Of a stretch of DNA of 64,000 nt, positions 26,494 to 38,100 are shown piece after piece (within the stretch, counting starts at the first letter, position 1; each line of letters begins with the position of its first letter). The translations under genes were made by a program, and so were the position numbers. Source of the DNA: Geosiphon pyriformis uo1 (Eukaryota; Fungi; Glomeromycota); assembly GCA_016748015.1 (NCBI GenBank), contig JAAOMT010000638.1:1-64000 (forward strand), given 5' to 3'. A model generated the notes under the pieces. The model saw only the letters and a program-made list of their open reading frames with translations. It had not been told where the DNA came from and made no database searches.

Positions 26494-27033
26494 CTATAAC
26501 TCGAATCTCATCCAGTTTCCGTTACCATTACCATTTCCATTACCATTTCCATTTCCATTTCCATTTCCATTACCGTTACCATTTCCATTTCCATTTCCAT
26601 TACCGTTACCATTTCCATTTCCATTTCCATTTCTGTTACCCTTCCTATTTCCATTTCCATTGCCGTTACCATTTCCATTGCTCTTCCCAAAATTTCCATT
26701 TCCATTGAAATTCCCATTCCCAATACCATCACTGTTTCCATTGAAATTCCCATTTTTTTTGCCATCACCGTTGCCATTGAAGTTTCCATTTAACCAACCC
26801 ATTCCATTTCCATTAAAATTTCCATTCCAGAATCCACTTCCAAACCCATTCCCGAACCCATTTCCACGACTATTATCACCATTTCCTTGACCGTTGAAAT
26901 TAAAAGGAAACTGGTATCCGGGGCCGTTACCATAACCATTACCATGGCCACTACCGTAGTTGAAATTTCCATTAAAGTTTCCGCGGCCGAAACCAGTTGT
27001 GGCTGTGGGTGTTATGCTAGTGCTTCGAGACAT
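26494..27033 (-). CDS. Gly/Asn-rich low-complexity repeat protein (179 aa from ATG 27033)
   Basis: ATG in ACCAAAATG context and a TATA-like element about 165 bp upstream. Synonymous codon variation (GGA/GGT/GGC, AAT/AAC) preserves the GN reading. Contains 12-aa repeats GxxNGNFNGNGx. Confidence 0.75.
   Translation of the reverse strand: MSRSTSITPTATTGFGRGNFNGNFNYGSGHGNGYGNGPGYQFPFNFNGQGNGDNSRGNGFGNGFGSGFWNGNFNGNGMGWLNGNFNGNGDGKKNGNFNGNSDGIGNGNFNGNGNFGKSNGNGNGNGNGNRKGNRNGNGNGNGNGNGNGNGNGNGNGNGNGNGNGNGNGNGNGNWMRFEL
26515..26680. repeat. (TTTCCA)n-type hexamer repeat with a 30-bp higher-order unit, encoding (GN)n
   Basis: accgttaccatttccatttccatttccatt occurs at 26572 and again at 26602. Confidence 0.9.
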
Positions 27034-27193
27034 TTTGGTCGTCTTTATATTTGAGTTTTTCAATTTGGATACCACAAGAGTTTAGTTGGAATTTTAGTAG
27101 TTAATTGATCGAGTTTCTATTTGCAAAATTTGAATAATATTAAAGGCTTAAATTGAGCGTTAAAAAAATAACAATTTCAGAAGAAACAAGCGT

Positions 27194-27378
27194 ATTTATA
27201 AATACTGACACGTATATCCCATTTTGTACTTAAATAAAGCCACTTTTATTTGTATCACCTCAAGGCACAATATGTGGCTATGTGCTGACGATTTGCTATT
27301 CGAGCGAACACGAAAGCGGTTACGTGACGAATGCGTAACCACAAATTGTCATTCTTTACATTTTATAACTCCTATTGG
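27194..27378 (-). promoter_or_regulatory. Putative promoter of the GN-repeat gene
   Basis: Palindromic TATTTATAAATA at about 27194-27205. Inverted repeat GGTTACG-N9-CGTAACC at 27318-27340, containing ACGTGACG. CCAAT on the minus strand at about 27374-27378. Confidence 0.4.
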
Positions 27379-28539
27379 TCAGGATGGGATTCGCAGGTAA
27401 ATAAAGAATTCTTCCCACACTTATCGAGAAACTTTGAGAACATCAAACAAAATTTTAGATTTATAAGCCGATCCCTTCCATTTTCAATATAGCAAATGAA
27501 AATGGGTTACAGTTCATTCGATGACATTGTTTTTTTAAAAGATAATAGTTTTTAAGAAACCTTTGCTCAAAATTCGAAATCTACCTGTGGCTGCTTTTAA
27601 AAGGTTTAGGAAGTTATATATATATATATCAATAAGATGCACTTCAATTTCGTACAAATTTTGATTAAATAAATCAATCTACAAGGGCTTTCTAGCTTAT
27701 TCCGAACATCCTCAATAGCTACATCTTTCAAATTTTATCTCCAATGATGAAAAGAATTTTAGTTTTCCCCCAACAACAACCAAACAGAAGAGAGGCTAAT
27801 TAGATCTACGCGATTTAGCAACAGAATCAATACTCAGATGATTATATTATCTTCAATTATATCATAACTATTAAAGGGTTTCTCGTTTATTCTCTCCATT
27901 CTTTAGGACACTAAGAAATTTTCAATTAGGCACGGAAAAGAAGAAATTAAATCTTTTTAAATTTGGAAATATCATCAAAGTTAAAAAATTTCACATTAAA
28001 AATTTTAGTTTGCTAAACTAAAATAATTGTAATAGCTCTTTCCATCATTTGTTCAGAAATAGACCAATCAATTTTCCTTTTGGCAAATAACCATTGAACC
28101 TAAGATACATTATGTAATGAAAGTCTTTGAATAAAATTCCTATGATCTAAATTCGTAAATACTCTTTCCCAATTTAAATCTAGTTAGAATTGTGGAACTT
28201 TAGAATTCTTGAGAAACATGTATCAGAAATAAGACATATGTTGGAAAACAATTGGGCAAAAGGTTTCTGGTTAGTAAGAGAATTTAAATGTTCATTAACT
28301 TTTTTAAGCAACTCTTTAAAAAAAAAAATTTTTAAAAATAAATTTTATTTTATTTTTTCATTTCTTGCTTATAATTATCTATTGCTACCTTTTAACGCCA
28401 TAGATTCATACGAAAATCAAATATTTAAAAGTTTTTTTTGTTATGTATTTATTTTTAGCAAAAACCTTAAAAAAATTGTGTCATAAAGATAATAAATCTG
28501 CCAAGATTATACAATTAATCGTTTATATAAAAAAATTCT

Positions 28540-28900
28540 TTTATTGTTAATTTAAATATACATTAGTCCTTTTACACTTACAATATCTTTTAAATCAATC
28601 ACTTTTATAAAATTATCTTGCAGCAGTTATAAAGCCTGAATTTTGTTGAATGCTAGCTTCACAAGTGCTTAAATGAATATTTGGAATAATTGTAAAGTCT
28701 AAATACTCTTGAAAAGTTCCAACCATAGGTATTTAGTTTAACAGTTGAATAGTCATTCAACCTTTCATATTGGTATTTTAAAATATAAGTACCAATTTTA
28801 ATAATATTCAACACCTTGCAAGTATATATTTTTCTTCAATCTCAGCGCAAATAAGATTAGAATTTGAACCAAGTCATTTTGATTAAATTGATATGAGTGT
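28540..28900 (-). mobile_element. Degenerate Ginger/KRBA2-SCAND3-like integrase transposon C-terminal fragment
   Basis: Frameshifted minus-strand peptides IYTCKVLNIIKIGTYILKY and IPNIHLSTCEASIQQNSG...YKSD*FKRYCKCKRTNVY resemble the 'LPCKI..Y.LG / ISVREAA..QS / CxC..C..CxCKK..C' tail of this family. Confidence 0.5.
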
Positions 28901-30583
28901 TTTTGGCCTTTCTTAATTTATTCTCTCATTTTTTTGGTAAATATTTTCAGATGTTGAATAGTTTCAGTGTTAATAATATTTTTAAATATTAGTAAAAGCC
29001 TCAAAAAAAAATAAATGATTTAATATTATTATTTGTGTATAAAAGAGAATTCTAAAAGTTGATTTAATAGTAATGTTGCAAAAACTGAATAGAAAATAAT
29101 AAAGAAGAAAATTTATAAAACCTTAGTGGGCTTTGAAAAAGACTATATTTATTGATTATTTTTGCCTGATATTTTGATAAGTTTATTAAATTTCTTGTCA
29201 ATACTTGAACTCTAAAAATAATAAAAATAATAAATTTTTCATTAATTTTTCTTGTTAATTGCAACAACACATCAAAATGACATGGAATATAGGCATTATA
29301 AATTTTGAAATTTATTTTAATTTTATAAAAAAAAAGTATATTTTCATGGTAAAAAACATAAAAAAATAAATAATTTCTTATTATTAATTGCAGCAACATA
29401 TTAGAAAACTTAAGGCATAAATGCTATAACAAAAAATAAGTAATTTTTATTATTATTAAAATTTAAAAATTAAATTAATTTTTATTTGTATTCGATGCAT
29501 AATGAATTTTAAAGTATATTTTCAAATTTCATAAAAAAATCAATAAATATTTAAATCGAAATTTTAAGTTATTTAACAAAAAAATATTTTTTCATCAATT
29601 TTTCTTGGTTATTTATTTCTAGTCACATGTTTTACTGTTTCTTTTTTTTTCAAGTTTTTTGAAAAGATAATTTATTTTGATACAAAAAATGATTGTTCAA
29701 GTCTATATTTCTTTTGTATACTTTTATTAATTTTTTTTATACTTACTACTAATATCACATATTTTACCATTTTCTTTTAAAATTAATTATAATTTAATTA
29801 TTGATTTAGTTGTAAACTCAATTATTACATTTTATTTTATTAACTATATATAAGTAAGACTTTTTAAAGCTGCAAAAAAACATTTGACAAAAAAAAATTA
29901 TTACTTACACTCTTTAATATTTACTTAAACTTTACCCAATATTTTTTTCTTTTTTGAATTTTTATATGTTAAAATTAGCTCAAAAAGCAAAAAACCCGTT
30001 TCTAAAACCCTCCAAACAAATGTTTGTTAAAAATATTTAATATCTGTTATTAAATATTAAGAATACCAATTAAAGCATAAAATTATAATAATAGCTGTAT
30101 TATTTTTTTTAATAAAAATTACACCCTATTTTTTACTTTTAAATTTTTTTGAAAATAATATTAACTATAATTTAAAATTGATTATATTGATTAATTACTT
30201 GAATATTTAATTTGATCTTTTGTCAAAATTTTTTTAATTGCAATAAATGATTTACTTGAAATTTTTTTTTAATAATTCAATAAGAGCTTTCTCTTTATAA
30301 ATAATTTTATTATTAATTTTTTGACAAATAAAATAAATTCAAAAATTCAAAAATTTTTTTATTACTATCAAATAATTTATAATTTATAATAATAATAATT
30401 GAATTTATTAATATTTTATTTTTATTTTAAACCTTTATTTCAATTTATTAGATAATATAATTGTTATTTAAAATAGTTAATAAAGTAATTTTAATAAAAA
30501 TAAAGTTAATTATTACTTAATTTAAATTTAGAATTATGTAGAATAAAATTAAAATATTTTTAAATGTATATATTAAAATTCCC

Positions 30584-30631
30584 AAAAAAAAAAAAAAAAA
30601 AAAAAAAAACCAAAAACAAAAAAACAAAAAA

Positions 30632-30677
<46 letters not shown>
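30584..30677 (+). repeat. About 94-bp poly(A) tract with a few C interruptions
   Basis: Visible in the sequence; it produces the spurious poly-Lys ORF 30564..30788. Confidence 0.9.
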
Positions 30678-30679
<2 letters not shown>

Positions 30680-33600
30680 TATAGCAGACAGTTTTTTTTT
30701 TAAAATTATTCGTAAAATTGTAATAAAATTGAGAGGTTTTTTTCTAAAAATAAATTTTCAAAATTATTCAAAAAAGATTTTCTTTTAATGAAAACTTTAA
30801 TTTGGTATTATATATTATTAATGTAAAAATTAAAATTTTAATATAAAAAAATATTGCGGCAAGACTTTAATATTCAAAATTAAAGAAGTTGTTAATAAGT
30901 TCAAAATAGCATATTAATAATTTAAATATTTCAACTTAAAATATTATTAGATTACATATTAAATCGCAAAAATTATTAAAAATTATTAAAGTTCAAAAGT
31001 ATCAGCTTTCAAAGTAAAACACGATATTTAATTTTAGAAATTATTTAAACAATCTCAAAAATTAAAATCAAAAATATTAAGCTAGATTTATGAATCAAAG
31101 GTACATATTTATTAATCAAAATCTTGAACAAATACAACTAACAAAATACCTGAAGTTTAGCATTTAGATCTACACATTTGATTGCGTTATAATATGACTA
31201 AAGACGATCGCTCAATTGTTTGCAGCCCTGTGGGAGAGTGCCACAACTTGTTATAACCGAGCTGTAACCTTTTTTTTTTTTTTTTTTATCAAGAGCCATA
31301 ACTTTTTTGACTTGAGTTACAACCAATTGAAATTTTGATATTCTTAAAATAACATTTTTTAAATAGGACGTAAGAATTATTTGATAATTTAATTTAAATT
31401 GACTAATAATAATGCAGAAATGAATTACCCAGAAATTCACGGACTACCTTGTAAAATATCCGTCAAAGAAATTGTACTTAGGTACTATGTTGATTATCCC
31501 TTTCTAAATGATTTTTTAAAAGGAGAACTGTTGGGAATTATTGCTGTGTGACGTTTCTCAAAGTCAGGATCGTATAAAGAATAATTTGTTTAGGATCAGT
31601 ATCAGAAAATGAATAAAATTTTCTCATGAATTGTGTGGGTGGTAGAAAATCTTATACCGAATTTTTTTATCTCTTTGAAAGTAAATAATTTTTTTTTTTT
31701 AGTTAGACCCTAAGCTTTAACAATTAACGCTTTTAAGGACTAGTGAAATTGAAATTTCAATTTTATTGAGTTCAATTTACTTTTGTTTGAAAATGTAAAT
31801 GGTCATTTGAAAGATATTTCACCAATTTTTTATATTTATTCTTGAAAATAGAGACTCATTAGAAGAAAACTTTATATAACTATAGATATTAAGACCCTAA
31901 GCTCGGGGATGATTCTAATGAATTTACATTAAGAGGATATTTTAATATTCGGCCACTATCATTACTTCAATTAGTTTTGAAAATCAGGTCAATCAGAGCT
32001 TTTATATGGCAAAATTAATGGAATAAATTTTTTCTTGCTAAAAATTTAGTTCCTACAATAATAATAATAAAAATTCATTATTTGCGGTAACTAATAATTG
32101 AAACAAAAAATTTTCTAATTTGAATGACTTCACTTTGAAAATATTAATTAATTAACGAGTCATTTTCACACTTTAAAAGTATTTGATTGTAAAATACTTT
32201 TGATTGAGAAAAATTAAAATTATTGAAAGTTAATTAAATTTAAATTCTTGCTGAGAGGTTGCTACAATAGAATAGTTTCTCACAATGAATGGAACCATAA
32301 ATCACTCGCAATTACAAGAGGACTGGATATCTAGACAATTATCTAAGTTTCTTTAATTTATGTTAAAAGCATTTGATACAAAGATTTTAACTATTCCCAA
32401 GATTTTTTTTTACATTTCAGTTTAGCTTGAGAAAAAATTTAGCTTTTAACATTTTGACTCTTGGAAAAACAAAAAATTTGTTTGTCCAATAATTTAGAAT
32501 CTGTTTTTCAACATTATAGAATCAAACATAATACTCACAATTTGAAGAATAATGTCAGGATGAACCAGTTTATTTAAAAGCTGAAATTGAGTAAAAGAAA
32601 TCTCTTTGCTTAATATTTTGAAGAACCAAAGCAATTAAAAAAGTTCATATTTAATGGGTGATAATTTAACGAGACAAAAGCATAAGTTCTTAAGATGTAA
32701 GGAATTAAATTTTTGAAGAAAAACACACGAAAGATTTTTAGTAAAAGTTGAAAATGAATACGAAATTCGATTTTTTTTTTTAAGTTACTCATGTTGAGGT
32801 CAATGAATTCTCATATTAGTTTTTCTCATCCTGAATATAAAACGAATATATTAGACATGATATAAATGAAAATAGTTCAAAGGAAAATATTGACAAGTGG
32901 AAATCATCAAGCCGTCTGCTGAATTCGAAAAGTTAAATAATTAGAACATGTTTAATGCTCTAGAACTCAATTTATTAAGAGAGAGACAAATATAATAAAA
33001 TAAAAATATTTTTCAGACTGAATAAATTTTACAAACCTAGCGATTGAAACGAAATCAAAGCGGAAAAAAAACTTTTTTCGAATCGAATAGATGACAGAAT
33101 ATTTCATCAGTCTTTAAAATTATTGATCAGTGTGTACAGTATCAAAGGAACGGTTTGTAGTAGTAGTAGTTGTAGTAGTTGTAGTAGTAAAAGTATTAGA
33201 AAAAGGAATAATTTGATCGAAATTTTTTGTTGAACATTGAGCTTTTCATGTTTGCCTGCACCACGTTGATTATCTATGTGCGTAAATTTAAGGGAAAAGA
33301 CTGATGTGTGGTTTTTGACGTCTATATGAACTTTTTTCATTCATGATTACCCAATGTAAATGCTTAAAAACATTTTTGATAACCAAAAAGATTCCTCTTA
33401 CTCATATTGTTTAAATAGAAAAATTTTTTATGATCTTATAAACAATAGTTTTGAATTGATGATTTGAGACTGAATTTTCCCCCTTGCTTCAAACAAAAAG
33501 GTCAAAGAAGAAAATTTCAAATGGGTTTTCGAAAGAATAAGTCCAGAAAAGGTTTATTCTATTGAATAGATTGTTTGAAATCTAATTACATTCGGGGAAC

Positions 33601-35159
33601 TCTAAATTCGTTGGTACATGATATCTATGCTCATTTTTGAGTAGTGCCAAAGAATCACCGAAATTTGACAATGAGAGATGTTGAGCTATTGTCATTTATT
33701 TAATTGAGTCTTTTCTATTTTGTACTCTTACAATATTTTATTATATACTTTGTCTTGGTATGAAATTCATAAAAAAATTTAGAATTTACATTGATCAATT
33801 CAAATTCAGCAGCAGAGGATCGATTTTAAAAATTCTGATTTTTTAAGATTTCTCCTAATCATTCATATTTAGAGTCAAAGTTTTTGAAATAGCCTTTAGA
33901 AATCTATTCAAATAATTTGCAAACAAAATACTAGATTATTAACCCAATTTTATTGTTGGGCGTCTAGGGATTACTATATTTGTAAGATTAGCCGTCTCTG
34001 AATTGAAGAAAAAAAACTTTTTTTTATGATGTTTGTCTATTGAATCAAAAAATTCTGGGACCTATTTCCATAGTGCATGAAACGAGAGTAACAATTAGGT
34101 AATCTCTGAGAGAAAACTCTATCATTGGAAAGCTTCCAGGTACAAATAAATTATTAAAATTCCATAAATCTACTGCTATTATAAAAATGTATTAAATATT
34201 TTAATTGTAATTATTATAGCATCTTTCTTTATGCATCAAAGGCTTTCAAATCAAATCAAATCAAATCTCAAGGACTTTACCAATTGAAGGGTGGTAATCT
34301 TTACCTAAAAGTAGATCATTTTCAACTTCAAGTAACCACGAGCACAATATAAATTATTGAGTCTCTTAATGTTACCCCTTGCAGAATTTCTAAATTTGCT
34401 ATACTTCTTGATTAAATTAAGCCCGCCAAACGCTCTTTTGTACTTCTTGACGGTTTCAATTTAATCAAAATGTTGATTACTGGTCAAAGTCTCGAGCTTG
34501 AGTGAATCACCTGGTAAATATTATCGAAGAACCTAATTTAAATATTTTAGCCTCACAAAGGCATCCTATAAATCTGCCCCCGATCGGCTGACACGAGCTT
34601 AATTTCCTTGATAAATCTTTGTGCATGAGTTTATAATTGATTTGAAAAACATATGATATCCCATTATGGACAAAGTTCTGACGCGCGTAAAATTCAATTA
34701 TTTGTAGGTGAGATTTAATAATTTCAGATGTAAAGTAGACCAAAGTTTATTATAAAAATATAATTTTTGGGAAGCAAGAATTTGAACTTTAAATTGTCTG
34801 TCTGTCAGGGCTATTATACAACCTCTGTGAACCGGCTTTTTTTCAAGAAATCCGAGTTTCTTATTAGAAATCTATAGCTTTTGAAAGCATGGACAATGAA
34901 AAAAATTATATTGTTCTCATTGTTAAAGAATTGATTTTAATAAGCAAATACAATTATCTGATAGTTCTTACATAATCGGGAGGGAAATCATAATAGCCAG
35001 ATTATTACACTACCACCTGATGTGATGGTTATCTCCAAACATTTGTCATTCCCCACCGAGCAAAAGTATAATGAATCAATTTATAAATCATATATTATCA
35101 AAGTTTTAAATTTAAATTATCACTTATTAAAAATGTAAAATTTTTCGCAGTAATTTTTA

Positions 35160-35189
35160 CCCCCCCCCCCCCCTGCCCCCCCCTCCCCC
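35160..35189. repeat. Poly-C tract (C14-TG-C8-T-C5)
   Basis: Visible in the sequence. Confidence 0.85.
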
Positions 35190-38100
35190 GATATTGAAGA
35201 TGACTTTAAAGACCACCATTGAATAATGTTTGCTTTGCATGCACCCCTTTAACCTTGATTCTTTAAACAGATGGACTCGAATTTTTTAAACTTTAATTCT
35301 GCAGATTCATTATAATCTATAGATATTAATAATATAACTAAAATTTGGATACGAAAGGTTCACATGAAATTTGTGCTTTTAATATCAATCTTTTCTTGAA
35401 ATTTTGAAGGTGACGAAATATGCCGATCATCAAGTTACTCATGTGAATACTGTGCAGGGTGTTTTAAATTGGTAAAAAAGGTAGCTTCGAATGCTTTGAA
35501 AATAATGGTTCAGTGATTTTTAATGAGGCATTATTGTTAAGAGAATAAAATTTCTAAAATTATCAAGTCTTAAAAATTAACTCCAACTTAAATTGGCTGA
35601 ACAAAGCATAATAATTACATGTGTTTGAAGGAATGTAATGAAGGAAGACAAATCATCTTATTACTAATAGCACAATTCACTTTTGCATTATAAAGCATAG
35701 AATTATTTATTGGCCAGCTGTTCAAAATTTACAAATAAACTTTACACAGATCGAAGAATGTTTATAAAAGTAGGGAACTTCGATTTGAAAAGAGAGTTAC
35801 ACCAAGTAAATACAAAGATGATGTGCATGGGGGGTTTTTTTTTTATCTGGAGGAAGTTTTTTTTTGTAACCATAAATGACCATTTTCTGCGTCATATAGT
35901 ATAATAACTAATTTTACCGCGCCTATAAAGTTTTATATTAGAGAGAAATTTAAAACAGTTATTCTCCAAATAAAGGATTAAAAAATCAAAGCCTTACGCT
36001 AGGAATGCATACAGTTCCACCATAATTTTAAAAGGTGAAATTTAGCCACACTCCATAATCCTCAGTATCAGAAAAGATGTTTTGATTCAATAAGATATAA
36101 ATTAGTTGAAGTAAATTCTTCTCACTTTATTTTAAATTGAGGCATGTGGAAGTGACTTGATAAAAAGTCGATTAATTTATATAATACTGAAAAACATTGA
36201 CTTAAAATCCATGTTTCTTTTAAAAGTGAACGCCCGAATAAATTAATGAATAGGTTGGTTAATAGATTCAAAATTTTAAATTTATCAGATGGGTATTTTT
36301 TTAGAAGGGAAATTTTTTCAGAAGGGTGCTTTTTCAAAAAAGTATTTTTAATTCTTAATAATCTTACATATTTTCCCACACTTTTACACTCTGAAATGAA
36401 AGAAATCAAGTATAAAACCTTTTCGCTGCTGTTCAAATATCTATGAACAAAAATTATCGTTCATAAATCAAAATTAGTTCACATTTAATGTCTGCTTTTT
36501 TTTTGTTAAAATAAAAAAACCTAAAAACTTTCTTTACATATTATAAAGTTATATTTTCAATATTTATAATAAAATATTTGAAAAATTTTTTTGTAAATGG
36601 TAATATTATTCATTCAGGTAATTCACAGAATTTTGTATTTAATTTGATAAAAAAGTTCAAATTCAGGTTTTTTGATTAAAAAAAAGTTTTAAGAATCAAG
36701 TTTTTATTAATTTTTGAAAAAACATATATAGATATATTTAAAAAAAAATTATACAAAATTTATCTTTGTCTGATTATTTTAAAAGTTAAAATTTTTTAAT
36801 TACAAAATTTTAATATTTATTTAAAAGGCATTTATTTTTACATTGCAACTTTGAAAAAAAATTTGCAACATATTTTTGAAAAACTTTTTTATGAAAATTT
36901 GGTTTAAAAAAAATAATTCAACCAAGTTAAAAGTATTGCACAATTATCAATTATTTACATTTTATTACGATTTTGTAATAATATTAGTCTTTTGAAAAAA
37001 TTATTAAAAGTAAACAGTTACAACCAATTGAAATATAAATAATAATTCACATTTTTGATTTTATTATGTCTTTTATTTTTCTATCTGTTTAAGTAAATTA
37101 TTTATTTTAAAACTTGGACAAAAATTTAATGATAAAAAATTCAAAGTAATTTTGTTTTTCGTCTCAAAATAAAAGTTTTTTTTTTTAATAATTTACTATT
37201 AATTTATTACCAATTTTTTTGTTTAATTAATTAGTCTTTTTGTTTATAAATTGCGATCTTTATTACATGTGTGGTCAATGGCTTAATTTTTATTAATTAT
37301 TTTTAGGGTATCGCTTTAATGTATAACCTTAAATTTTTAATATATATATATATTGTTAACTATGTTTTTTTTTAAAAAATTATTATGTTGCCAAAATTTT
37401 TACCAGCTATTTTGAGTTTCAATAAATAAAAATTTTTTCAGAATTTCTAAAAATAAATGTATTTTAAATAATTTTTTTTACTATTTTCAACTTTTCAAAC
37501 AAATATTTATATTATGTCAATATTTTTTTATATTTTTTTATGCCATTAAAATTTTTTTTCTAAATATTTAATTAATCTTGCAAAAATGAAAGACTCATTA
37601 AAATTCAAATTTTTATTGCATTAAAATATTTTAGTTTTTATACATTAAATATTAAATTTTATTAAGTAACTTTATTTTATATAAGATTTAATTTAATTTT
37701 ACATGTTATTAGTTTTATCAGTTATAAGATTAGTTTCAGAAATTATTTAATCTTTTTGAATTATTATATATTCAAAAAAAAAAAATTTTTTTTGGATATT
37801 TTTTACGTAAATCGTATTGTTATCTAAAAATTATTTTAAACATTGTTAAAAATTGTAATATTGTTAAAAAATTTAGTAATTACACAAAGAGAGTATTGAA
37901 AAATTGAAAAAGTGAAAAAAATTAAAAAATTTTAAGTTTATGATAAATTAATATATTTAAATTTAAGTCATTTTTTTCAATAGTCTTGTTTTACCCACTG
38001 TAAAAAGCAATTATTTTTTGAAATCTCTTTAATTTGCCAACTTTTTTCCAAAATCGTTTTCTTAAATGATCAGAATATATTTGCTAGCTTTTTTTCAATG

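Noticed and set aside
26508-26972. (ME)n and (FP)n ORFs overlapping the GN gene
   Set aside because: Alternative-frame and antisense shadows of the hexamer repeat; the GN frame is the longest and has a good ATG context.
30564-30788. Poly-Lys ORF
   Set aside because: Produced by the poly(A) tract.
36122-36446. ORFs 36122..36436 and 36246..36446
   Set aside because: Built from short degenerate repeats in AT-rich DNA, more like a TE subterminal region than coding sequence.
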